From the NCBI GenBank assembly GCA_000934665.2, contig JYFJ02002182.1:1-61469 (forward strand): a stretch of 61,469 nucleotides of DNA, written 5' to 3'. The notes below the pieces were generated by a model. The model was given only the letters and a program-made list of their open reading frames with translations, was not told where the DNA came from and made no database searches. Positions 37,306-48,781 of the stretch are shown here, piece after piece; position 1 is the stretch's first letter, and the number at the start of each line of letters is the position of its first letter. Position numbers and translations under genes: made by a program. Source of the DNA: Catajapyx aquilonaris (Eukaryota).

Positions 37306-39178
37306 ATGGGTCGGACAGTCCTGGCGGAGCTGGACGTCCGGGAGAGGTTGATGGAGTTCGCCAAGGAGAGCAAGTTCTGCCTGGGGCTGCTGCTGGGGCA
37401 GGTCAGCATATGGGGAGGGACAAACAAACAAACGGACGGACGGACTGCGCATTTTATACACACAGGACAAACAAGCAAACTTACAACATTAAATACCAAT
37501 GCCCACACAGAGGACAAGCAAGATGTTCCATTTCATGCACACATGTAGGACAAACAAACAAACAAACATTTCTATACCCATATAATACCCACACAGGACA
37601 AACAGACAGACAAACTTTGCCTATTTAAATGATTTATTACGGTTTGTTTAACGTATATGGTGGTGACGGTTTGGTGATTTTCAGCATTCGCCGGACAGAG
37701 ACTTTGTGGTTCATGTGGCGGCGACTCCTGTGCCGGACGAGGAGAGGGCCAAGTTGAAGGGCGTGCAGCAGTTCAAGGATGGTTGGGCGGCCGAACATGC
37801 AAGACAGGTGCCTGGGATATTCAAGCGGCGGTGACTTGTGAACTGATTGGTGTTCATTGCAGGTGACCTTATTGATGCCTGGCGGTATGTGCGTGCTGGG
37901 CATCTTCATTGCGGGTATGAGCGAGCCGCCTCATGGGAGCAGAGTCCCGCAGATTATTCAGGCCGTTCACAAGTCTGTCAATCGTAATGCGTATTTCTAC
38001 GGGTCTGGCGGAAGCAATGAGAAGTTACTAGCGTACGTGAATCCTCACAAGGAAGTGTAAGTGAGTGCGATGTAATAATCGCTGCCACTTGCTTACATTC
38101 TCCGCATTTTCCAGTGTTACCTGCAAGTCCATAGATGCGTCGAGCTCGTCGTCCAGCTTCCGTCCAGCCGACATAAAGTTCCAGGCGTCTCCGACCATAT
38201 GGCAACATCTCCACACCACCTACCATGTGGACTCTGCCCTTCCGTTAATGGCAGAGCGATGGCAACTCCCACTAAAAAAGCATCTCCAGGCCACCCTGAG
38301 TGCTTTGTCTAACCTGCTGGACCACGCTTGTTACGTTATGGATGGTCAGTTAAGGTCTGAGTTCGAACCCCTGAGTCCGGAAGCAAGCAAGAAGAAACAA
38401 AGGCATGGCGATGCTGATGATGACGATTGCGAGTCGCACGCTGTGGACATTTTGACCCTGGCTGAAGCCCCGGACGGTTGGGATGTTGCGACGCAAGGGG
38501 CCAGACTCATCTTTAAAGGCGCGATGCACAGCATTGCATACGTCAACGGAAAGGCAACTGTTCAAGATGCAATAGATGCAATAAAGCAAGATATCTTGCG
38601 CTCAATGGCAGCTAGATTGGAGATGCACTGCGACTCGCTCCTGGATGACGAGCAGAGTGCAACTACGCACGGTGAGATTAACTGCCAAATGTGTAACGGC
38701 TGAGGGGTTAGTCACTTATGAAGTCAGAGACTTCATTGCTTTCTACAGATTCCCGTGTAGTCCACGAGCCGCCCAGACGTGTCCTTGTGCCACTGCCTGC
38801 CGCTCCTGTGATGGTTGGAGACTACCTTTTCCCAGGCGAGGGACCTCAGGAAGCTCTTCCTTCAATGGTGGAGCTGCTTGGACTCAAACTGACTCAAGGA
38901 GACATAGTAGACGACGTGGAGCTTCAAGGAGGTAAACCGATAACGTACTCTTTGTTAAACGAAGCTCAACAATTCGATTATTTTATTTTGCAGAACATGA
39001 CGAGGCGAAGACTGGCTCGGAAACGGAGATGCTGGTTGACACTTTGACAGACACGCAGCTGATACCGAGTCGTGGCAAGACTTGCAATCTCTCAGCCGCA
39101 TTGTTAGCCACTGCCATAGCGATTGCTGGAGTGGGCATTTCCTACGTGACCCTTACGATGGGCTCGAAGCCACTCTGA
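37306..39178 (+). CDS. ODR4: ODR-4 homolog (tail-anchored ER membrane protein), ~6 exons
   Basis: Motifs MGRTV, GLLLGQ, WAAEHARQV..LMPGGMCVLGIF, AIKQDILRSM.ARLEMHCDSL, HEPPRRV and DYLFPGE. C-terminal TM helix before the TGA at 39176-39178. Confidence 0.92.
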
Positions 39179-39867
39179 AATCATTCCCCTGATATATATG
39201 CACAATTTTGACCAGAAACTGATGCAACTTACAGGGTTTTAAGTTTTGTTTCGGCTTCGTACCGGTTTGGAAGCAGTGATATTTTTTTTTTTTGCAGAGC
39301 ATTTAAAAAATGAAATATTGATATTTATAATATAAACGATAGCCGCACTTGTAATTCTTGTCGTATCGGTATTTTATTTGCAAGAAGAAGAAAAAATATA
39401 TCGGTGCTTCCAGCAATCGTGGAGCTTGGAGCAAAACTAGAACTCAATTTTTTTAAACGTCTCTCAGAGATTAATTTTGTAGATCCATCAAAGAATATTC
39501 TAATTAGTGATAAAAATAAAAATAAAAAAAACACATTTTCAAGGGATTGGCACACATGACTTGTTCGTTATTACCTTAGAAACAAACAATTAAGAGCGTT
39601 TGGCTAGTCGCAACAATCTTTGGATTCCCGTAAGTTATTAACGGCAAGTGAATATTTAACAAATCGATTGGCGAATTTTACTGGCAAATTAATTGCCGTA
39701 TCCTTGTTAATGACTTGTGCCAATTGCACCCAAAAAAAAATCGGCAAATCTCTCGTTACATATCGTGTAATTTGCATACGTAGCAAAATTTAACGGAGAC
39801 AATCTCACCGTAATCTTTTTCAGCATCCTTATTAGCCAAACGAAGTTATAATTAATCCGGCTCAAGT

Positions 39868-40080
39868 ATGGGCAACACCGCTTACCACATTGGCTACTTC
39901 CTGTCTTCACTAGTCATCTTGGTGGATTCCATGATGTTGACTCTGGTCATTTCAAACTGGGAAGGCAAGCCAGAGTGGGAAATCGCAGGAGCCGTGATTT
40001 TGCTCAGCTTGAGCCAATTGCTCACCATCTTTGCCATACACGTCTTGGAAATATTCCTTATCGACGATGAGGACGAGTAG
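39868..40080 (+). CDS. Possible 70-aa two-TM microprotein
   Basis: ATG-initiated ORF with two hydrophobic segments and an acidic tail. No homology recognised. Confidence 0.25.
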   Translation: MGNTAYHIGYFLSSLVILVDSMMLTLVISNWEGKPEWEIAGAVILLSLSQLLTIFAIHVLEIFLIDDEDE

Positions 40081-40504
40081 CATGAATACGTAGGACGTCG
40101 GGTGAGTATCCGTCAGTTTATATGAATGTTGGGGGCTCGGAAATGAATATGGGCAACCCCGAATGATATCGACTAACTTCGCATTTTCCTAAAAAAATCA
40201 TGCTCGTCTTGTTTTTCCAGTGGTGTACATGAAGCATGGGCATACACCGGAGATGACCAGTTAATATTTCAAGTTGTTCTTCATAAGTACAAGTAGCGCA
40301 TCCAGAAGGCGGATGTTGGATAGCGCAATTATTCCATTTGTTACGAATCAAATATAGTCAAAAGTTGTTAGAGTTTTAAAACCCTTTTTAAAAATATTAC
40401 AGTTCAAAAATTCCACCTAATAAAACTACGCCTCTTAAATAAACATGTTAAGGTGGCTGTATTTTGTAAGCAGTACATTAGTCACATTTCTATCATTGCT
40501 ACCT

Positions 40505-42273
40505 TTACTTTTTCTTTGGGCGCAACCTGCGTTTAACAGAAGGCTCGAGCTGGATGGGCATGGGAGGCGGAGGCTTCTTCCTGGGAAGGGACTCGAGGAA
40601 TTCCTTATCCTCCAGGAAGATGGGATCCGCAGGTTTTGTCAGGTCCTCCGTGTCCAACGGGGTGTCCCTGTTGCCATCAGTGGACCAGTGGTACAAGCGG
40701 CAACGGACTGGGATCCTATCCTGCTTGTTTACCTGCGTGTAAAATTGATCGTATTACACACAGCTGTCGTTCACTTTCAGTTCAATGAATTGTGAAAATA
40801 AAGCCTTAATTAAGTGCGTACTGGTTCAAAATTCCTGGGAAAAAAATCAGTGCTCACAGCTCACTTATGCTAAAATTATTCCGCAACATTTAGGACAAGC
40901 GATTTTCATTTGACTCGTAACAAGTAGAAGTAATCAAGGGTCTCCTTACGGTGAGAACCACGTAGAATTCCTTCCCCTCGAGGGAAAGGTCCGGCCCGAT
41001 GATCCCCCTCTCCGGAGGGATCTCTATGTCCTGGTCCGTCTCCACCTGGTATCCCGCCGTCCGGAAAGCAAGTCGGACGTGCCAGGGCTCCAACGTCCAA
41101 GGGGTCTCTACGTGCATGGTCACCGGAATCACCTCAGTCGACAGCAGCTGGATGAGCTTCAGGGCGGAGAAACAGGACATTACAATAAGGGTCAGTCTCA
41201 CTAAAAATTGGAGCCAATCTTACATATATAAAAGGCGCCGTTTGTTTGTTTGTACATGGCAACGGATACATGGCAACTGGAGCATGACAACAGGTGAATT
41301 GCAATTGGACCATGGCAATGGGTGCATGGAAACATGTATCTTCTTATTACATATAAAGGGAAAGTTTGTCCATGGCAACGAATACATGGCAATGGGTGCA
41401 TGGAAACATGCATCATGGAAACATGTAGGCCTATCTTCTTATTACATATAAAGGGAAAGTTTGTTTGTTTGTCCATGGCAACGGATACATGGCAATGGGT
41501 GCAGGGAAACATGTGTCATGGAATCATGTAACTTCTTGCACATAAAGGTAAAGTTTGTTTGTCCATGGCAACAGGAGCATGACAATTAGTATCATTTCAA
41601 TGGTGCATGGAAACATGTAACTTCTTGCATATAAAGGGAAAGTTTGTTTGTTTTTCCATGGCAATGGGTCCATGGCAACATTTATCACGGCAACAAACCC
41701 TGCCATGCAAAGAACACGAGTAAGTTTTCACGAAGCAAGTGTACTCCATGCGCTGTATATATACACCTTAGCGGCCAGGAGCGACCCTCTTGGCCTGTGG
41801 TCGCCGTCTTTCCTCCCGTATTTGGCCAGGTTCTCCGGCGTGACGTACACGGCCAGCTTGGGGAGCAGGAGGTCGTTCCTGGCCGTCTTGGGCCGGACGG
41901 ACACCACGTCCCCTGGGTGTCCGAACCCCTCCACCGGAGAGGTCAGAAGCACCTGCATGTCCGGTTTGATGTTGTAGGACACTTTGTCCACAAACTCGTA
42001 GGCGTAGTCCCTGGCACGGAGGCGACGGGGAGCACGGCCCAGCTTGTTTATGTGTGGTGCCCAACGACGCTTCAGGATCCAAGTCGTCTGGAAGGCAGGT
42101 TGAATATTTAATTAAGAGAGAATATTTTAATGAGCAAACATTTATTATGGGGGCAATGATTGGTAAGGTTGACACGACATTGAGTCGCTTACCCTGCACG
42201 GCTGCACATTGTGGGTGGCAGCCACTCCCAGCAGACTGGACAGTCCCGTCGACACCACGCTTCGAAGCATCAT
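40505..42273 (-). CDS. mRpL9: Mitochondrial ribosomal protein L9 (bL9m), ~4 exons
   Basis: Transit-peptide exon 42273-42193. Motifs TWILKRRW, VLLTSPVEGFG..GDVVSV....ARNDLLLPKLAVY.TPEN, PWTLEPWHVR and I.GPDLSLEGKEFYV. Confidence 0.9.
41240..41710. repeat. Intronic CATGGCAAC/TTTGTTTGT degenerate repeat (dispersed family)
   Basis: Related patches at ~28550-28910, ~37420-37620, ~44265-44315 and ~44815-45130. Confidence 0.75.
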
Positions 42274-43395
42274 TACCCACAGAAGGAAGGGAGCTCCTAA
42301 TTAAGATTAATTAATTGCCAAAACAACGTGGTCCAAATGCTTTAACTCGACGCCATCTTGGGTGCGTTCCGATGGCTGAACAGCCGAACTGTTCCGTTCA
42401 GGTGACGGTCGATTCAAAATATTTAATTGTGCAGATAATTTGGTTGACTTAACTGGCCTAGCACGGTTAAGTTTAATTGTTGCGTATCGTTGTGGTGTCT
42501 GGAAATATCAGGGGTTTGATCTGAGGTGATTGTGGCTCAAGTTAATTAAGTAAATTAAGTACAGTGAAGTCATTTAACTAAGGAATTAAAATTAAGTCAT
42601 TTGACTAATTTTAAATTAATGAGCAATTAAAATTAAGCCATTTAACTGAAGTTAATGTAATTTTAAATTAATAAGTAATTAAACTGAAGTAATTAATCAA
42701 CTCAATGTCATCGGACTTACCTCGATTGAATTTCCCGGGTATTGCCATCATCAGACAATGATCACCAATATTTTTGCAGACTTTTAATATCCCATTTTTT
42801 ACATCATAATCATCATCAGGACAATTTCCCAGCTACAAAAATTATCTGTGGATTTAGGGAGACGGGAACGTGCCCCAAATCCGATGATGAACATGTCGGC
42901 TTCAATTAATTTCGTTGTGCCTGATAGGTCTGAAATGATTGGTGTATGAATTTTCCACATGATAAAGCGTACTGCACACTTTATTGAGGACACCGTAGTC
43001 ATATTATTTAACTAATAAGAACAAACTAGAATGGGATTTTTTTAAACCTTTCCATATTATGTCAGGATATGAACAAAACAAATACAACGAAACACATCAG
43101 ATCAATCACATTATGAGCACAAATTTTTATGTGACATACGGTTCATGATTTATTTTCCTGTATAATTAGCAAATGCTTTTGAGCAAAACTAGCATATTTT
43201 GAACACATATCTCACCGTGAATATTTAAGGTCCGTTGAATAAACAAATACTAGCGGAAAGTGTCACATGTTAATGTACCCTGCGATGAGTTTTTTTTTTT
43301 TAATAATTAACATTAGAAAATTATTTTGTAGACCTCTTTAGTAACATATTACTTTTGCTGAACCAACTGGAAATAATTGCTATTAAATGCACTTC

Positions 43396-44175
43396 TCATA
43401 AATGCGTCGCCATGTGTTCTAAGTACAAATCCTTATTGAGAAATTTGTTTCTGCAGGCAACGCAACTTTTCAGAGTTGCGTAATGCTGCTCTTTGTGTCT
43501 AAACAATTCGTCGGCGGAACATACGATGGTCTTGCACATGTTGCAGACGATATCTTTCTTATGCCTCTCTAAGGACTGTTGGGTAGAAAAGCACTTGCCG
43601 CATGTGCCGCAAGAGAACTGCCTCGTATGCAGCCTGCGATGTATTCTTAATGAATTAACGCTCGCAAATCTTTTGTAACACTCTTGGCAAGTTAACCGCT
43701 TCTCAATCGTATGTTGCTTTCGATGCTGAGCCAATTCGTAACTGGAAGTAAACGACTCTGAACAATGCTTGCATTTAAATCGCTTTTCGCCAACATGCGA
43801 CCTCTTATGTTCCAGGTACACCTCCCGATCGTGGAATTTCTCTCTGCAAAAATCACATGTGAACGAGCCTGTCAGGCCCATAGAATGAGCCTGTTTGTGT
43901 CTATACAGCTCTTCGGCTGAGGAAACCACAGCCTCGCAAGTGGGGCAAGTATATTTTTTTCTGACGACCCCATCTCGTGAAGAATGAGCAGACAAGATGG
44001 ACTTCACATCGAGTGGGTCGCCTTCTTTCGGCGCAACCGCTTCAACCTTCACCACCATTTCTTCCTCTTCGAACTGCTCAATTTCCTCCGTGATAATCTC
44101 TTCCTTCACCGGCAACCACATTTCTTCTTCCTCCTCCTCCGTCTTCACCTCAGTCTTCACTTCTTCTAAGGACAT
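43396..44175 (-). CDS. C2H2 zinc-finger protein (~7 fingers) with acidic VKxE-rich N-terminus
   Basis: ATG 44175 (MSLEEVKTEV). Fingers CPTC, CDFC, CKHC, CQEC, CGTC, CNMC and CVAC, with an HVGEKRF linker. Confidence 0.88.
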   Translation of the reverse strand: MSLEEVKTEVKTEEEEEEMWLPVKEEIITEEIEQFEEEEMVVKVEAVAPKEGDPLDVKSILSAHSSRDGVVRKKYTCPTCEAVVSSAEELYRHKQAHSMGLTGSFTCDFCREKFHDREVYLEHKRSHVGEKRFKCKHCSESFTSSYELAQHRKQHTIEKRLTCQECYKRFASVNSLRIHRRLHTRQFSCGTCGKCFSTQQSLERHKKDIVCNMCKTIVCSADELFRHKEQHYATLKSCVACRNKFLNKDLYLEHMATHL

Positions 44176-45200
44176 CTTCGGTAAGGAAATGCACAAAACA
44201 TGAGCTGATATTTGCACTAAAAGAAAACTATGCCGATGCGACGATGGATTGTGAAAATTCTTACAAGGGAAAGTTTGTTTGTTTGTCCCAGTGGCAACGA
44301 GTACATGGCAACAGGTATGATGTGCCCTTGCAAATTGTATGTATTTGGATTGCACTTTTTGTTTGACAGAAAAAGGCCAAGTGATTTACATGGTGTTCAT
44401 TCAAGGTTGCATTTTTTTGATCATTACAGTTCAGTGTTCAAACCTCAATTATTCCTCACTCCTGCAGGTCATGCACTTACCTTAGTATTACGCACACTTT
44501 ATAGCTTGGTCCAACGATGCAGATCTGTCGATTCGAATTCGTCTAACTGGCCGCAAAATAATTAAATAAAAGCATCACACTTTCCAACTTCTTCAACGAC
44601 TCAACAAGGACGCCATCTTGAAGGGTGCGTTCCGGTGGCTGAACCAAAGAACTGCAGCTCTGATTTTGTGGGAATTCGAAAGTGACACAAATTTTTTATA
44701 TTATTATTATTATTTAAAAAGACAACAACAACAGATTATTAATGCTGTTGGTCCATTAAAAATGAATAGAAACTGGTTAACAATGAAGCCAAAAATTAAG
44801 TGATGGCCCTACAAGGGAGAGTTTTGTTCATGGCAACGTACCATGGCAACAGGTCTCGACGGCAACGAGGTTACCATGGCAACAGTTACATGGTACCATG
44901 GCAATGACAGTTACATGGCAACGGGTTTCCATGGCATTTGATGTGTAACAGCTGACAAAAAAAAAAAAAAGGCTGTGATGGACTTGCATTTAGCGGTACT
45001 TTCTAACATGTTAAATATTTTAACAAACTGGCCGTGGCGCCCGTTAATCGCACAGCCTGTTACGGCATGATAACCGGTCGCCTTGGAGACTGTAGTTGCC
45101 ATGATAACTAGTGTCCATGGCAACAGGTTAGCATGCCGTAACAGGCAGTGTAAGGAACGGGCACTCTAGCGTAGTTTATGTAACAAACACTATTCATAGT

Positions 45201-47503
45201 TCATGAGTAGAATTTTATTTTGTATCTCTTTGCAAATCTAAAGAGCCATCCATTTGATGCGGAAAACTGCTCGACACTGCCATCAGGATGTTCTTGCACG
45301 AATATTTTACGTGCTTCGTCCCTCAGTTGCTTTCCAGACACTTTCACTCTCCTTTCTAGGAGTGGGCACAACCATTTGAACAGCTTTCCTTCGACCTCTG
45401 GGAACCTTGCGCGCTCCAAGTTACATTTGTCAATTTTCGTTTGCCGCATCCTTCGGGCACCGTCAGTTTGTTCGTACGCGGCTTGTTCCAATTTCTCCCT
45501 CTGCTTGATCCAGCCCTGCAGGCAGCTGCGTGACACACCAGAAGCAATGGCCGTGGCTCTTATGTTGCCATTGAACTCATCTAGCTTTGACAACGTGTCC
45601 AGTTTCTTCGCCAGTGAGTAGGACTTACGAGGTAACGTCGATAACGGTGGTACCACAACTACAACAAAAACAGCATATGATTAAAAGTATAGTGCACATT
45701 TCATATATTTGTATGATAAAACAGCAGGTCTTTGTGATAATCTATCATGTCTAGAAAAATTGCAATGTTGTTGAATTTATACTGAGATATTCTAATTCAA
45801 AGCTTTTCTAAGGGCCGGTTTCACCGAGCTTGGTATATGATAAAACCAGGTTTCTTTAGGAAAATCCATACAAATAGATAGGGTTTTTGCTAAAGAACCG
45901 TGGTTTTATCATATACTGAGCTCGGTGAAACCAGCCCTAAGAGAGAAAAATTATTTCAACCAGAAATTTTCTTCATAATATTTTGCCCAATTTGTGCTTT
46001 ATGTTTTCTGTACCTTTAACATTAGCAAATACGTTATGTTTGTCACTTTTCATTTGCAGCATCCTTCGGGCATAGTCAGTATGTTCGCAAGTGGCTTGTT
46101 CCAATCGCTCCCTCTGCTTCATCCATTGCTGGAGGCAGCTGCGTGACACACCAGACGCAATGGCCGTGGCTCTTATGTTGCCATTCAATTCATCTAGCTT
46201 TGACAGCGTGTCCAGTTTCTTCGCCAGTGAGTAGAACTTACGAGGTAACTTCGAAAACGATGGTACCACAACTACAACAGTAACAGCATATGATTAAAAG
46301 TAGCGCACACTTCATATACACGGTGAAGGGAAACTCGCGGACAATCGCCTGGTAGACTGAAAGTACTTGTAAAACTAATATAAGGATGTGCAATTAGTTT
46401 TGGAAGCCGGTGCGTAGTTAATGCATACGTCCTTTAAAGTGTAGAGGCCCTGATGGTAAAATATGAGGCAAAAACGACAAAGTGCACGAGTGCCGTAACC
46501 TGATTCTTACTCAGACGGGATTTGATGACCTAGTATTGCACATGGACAATGTGTTAAGGGACTGGATGCCCTCGAGCTGGCTTTTGCTTCTTTATAGCTG
46601 TCAGAACGGATGTGACGTCACGAAACTTTGACGGTACCATACGCATTAACTATGCAACTGCACCCAAAACTAATTGCACATCCCTATTAGTTTTACAAGT
46701 ACTATCGGTCCACCTGGCGATTGTCCGCGAATTTCCCTTCACCCTGTATTATTTTGTAGGATAAAGCAGCAGGTCTTTGTAATATTCTATCATGTCTGGA
46801 AAAATAATTGCAATGTTAGTTGAATTTATACCGAGATATTCAAATTCAAAGCTTTTCAAAGAGAGAAAAATTATTTACAATGCAATTAACAAGAAATTTT
46901 CTTTATATTTTGCCCAATTTATGCTTCATGTTTTCTGTAGCTTTAATATTAGCAAATACACTTGAGGACAACTGACAGCCAAAAGTGTAAGCTGAATATG
47001 TGACTTTGTGTTTATCTAACAAATGTCACACATTAATTTCCCAACATGAAGACTGCAATGTACAGTCCCGAGCATGAAGTTGGGGACGGCAAGCCGCCCC
47101 CTTTCGGCAGGGTGCTCTCCACCATTATAGTATCAAATACATGGTTAGAAATACACGAACACACATGCGAAATGCATCTGTTTGTGTCTAAACAATTCCT
47201 CGGCAGAAGAGAAGGTCTTGCAAACATGACCGGTCGCAATATCTGCTGTCACATCCTCTAGGAGAGAATTGCAGATTTACCAGAGGAATCAGACTTCACA
47301 TCAAGCGGATCGCTTTCTTCCGAATCAGCCTCTTCCACCTTCACGGACATCTCTTCCTCATCAACCTGCGTCTCATTACTACTGCCTTCTTCCATTTTTA
47401 CAGCAGGATGTCTGTAAAATTCATTCTGCCAAGTCCACGTCGATTCACTAGTCGCATCATCAACCTCCAACTTCACCTCTATTTTCACATCGTCTGAGGT
47501 CAT
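45201..47503 (-). CDS. Acidic N-terminal exon spliced to a CENP-B/Tigger-type double HTH exon (no DDE domain)
   Basis: Exon 47503-47281 (phase-1 GTAAAT donor) fits the acceptor at 45658. That exon encodes RKSYSLAKKL..IRATA...GVSRSCLQGW and FPEVE..LFKW..FSASNGWLFRF.KRY. The splice is inferred. Confidence 0.7.
45812..45937. mobile_element. PIF/Harbinger (Tourist-like) MITE, TSD TAA
   Basis: TIRs GGGCCGGTTTCACCGAGC and GCTCGGTGAAACCAGCCC. Empty site in the paralogous segment at ~46851-46870. Confidence 0.85.
45973..46271 (-). CDS. Duplicated, truncated HTH exon (alternative last exon or pseudo-exon)
   Basis: Near-identical to 45658-~45450 with the same acceptor. Lacks the second HTH. Confidence 0.5.
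46319..46746. mobile_element. Tc1/mariner-type MITE, TA TSD
   Basis: Long TIRs CACGGTGAAGGGAAACTCGCGGACAATCGCC and GGCGATTGTCCGCGAATTTCCCTTCACCCTG. Empty site at ~45700. Confidence 0.85.
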
Positions 47504-48781
47504 GTTCTGTAACAAGTGGATTGTCAGCACATACTTTCACATTATGAAGCAAACTACGCATGCCCAGGAATACATGTAATGTAAAAGTGACCTACAAAGA
47601 AAAATATGTAACAGCAATAAGTATGACGTGCTGCTGTACTGACACATAACACGTACATTTACGGTACTAAGTTATTCAGTAGCCTTGTAATGGTGCCACA
47701 AACAAGATAACAACATAACAAACTAATTTAATACAGTATAATTATTTACTACAGGTATGAAGTGTGGAAATGAAATGTTGAAATATCAAGATCTAATTAC
47801 TCTGACGTACTTTCTTACAATATTGCTCAGGCTTTACGTCAGTTAAACTACGTGATATGTCTTGTTAACTCCAGGTTCTTCTGCACATGGTCCCGGATCA
47901 GCAGGCATCAAAATTATTCCGGACGCTTCAATACCAGGCAGTCAAAAAAAAATATATCAAAAAAATATTGTCACCTTTCATCTGTGGCTTGAGGTGCATT
48001 CCGATTGATGCTCAACCGTTGTTTTTGTCACAAGGAACGACACACTTCCGGTCACTTCTAAAAGTCAGGCAGTTAAATATTTATTTAGCTTATTCATCAT
48101 TATATCCTACAGATGCAGTACATTATTATAAGTAAAAAGTTGATTGACTTTATAGTTGTCGTTTTTGAACTCATTCCGATGCAGGGAACGGTCTGGCAGA
48201 CAATTCAAAATTCAATTGGCAATTTATTTTTTGAGCTATTTATACCACTAATAAGTAAGTATAATTTTTCTTCTCCATTGACTAGTGAAGTCCCTTTAGT
48301 CCTAGATTCATAAGGAGCCAGCAAGCCAGGGATTTCTGTCTTATTCACTAGCATTCAAGGTCAACTCTTCAGTTTTGGTTCATACTTGTTTAATTAGTTG
48401 ACTTCATTTGTACTTGAAATAAATGTCAATCACACTGAAAGCTGTAAAGACTGCTGCATAAATGTGAGACAAGAATTTGTAAAAACAACGTTAACAATAT
48501 ATTTATTGCTAGTTCAATGTCCCTGATACAGTACATGGCATTATACTCTCTAGTTATCTAGTCTATTACAGTCCCTTCCCCGAGTATAATCACAGCAAAA
48601 ATATAATGTCTTCAATAGTGATATCTCGCTGTTAGTATAAAAAATAATATTTCGTAAAGTACTCTTTGACATCACAGAAATATGTGATCTCAAGGCTCCT
48701 CGTTCATACAGTATACGAATAACGCAATATTTACAAACATTGCAGACAAACTTTGTGAGCAAAAAAAAATCTGTTGCTTTA

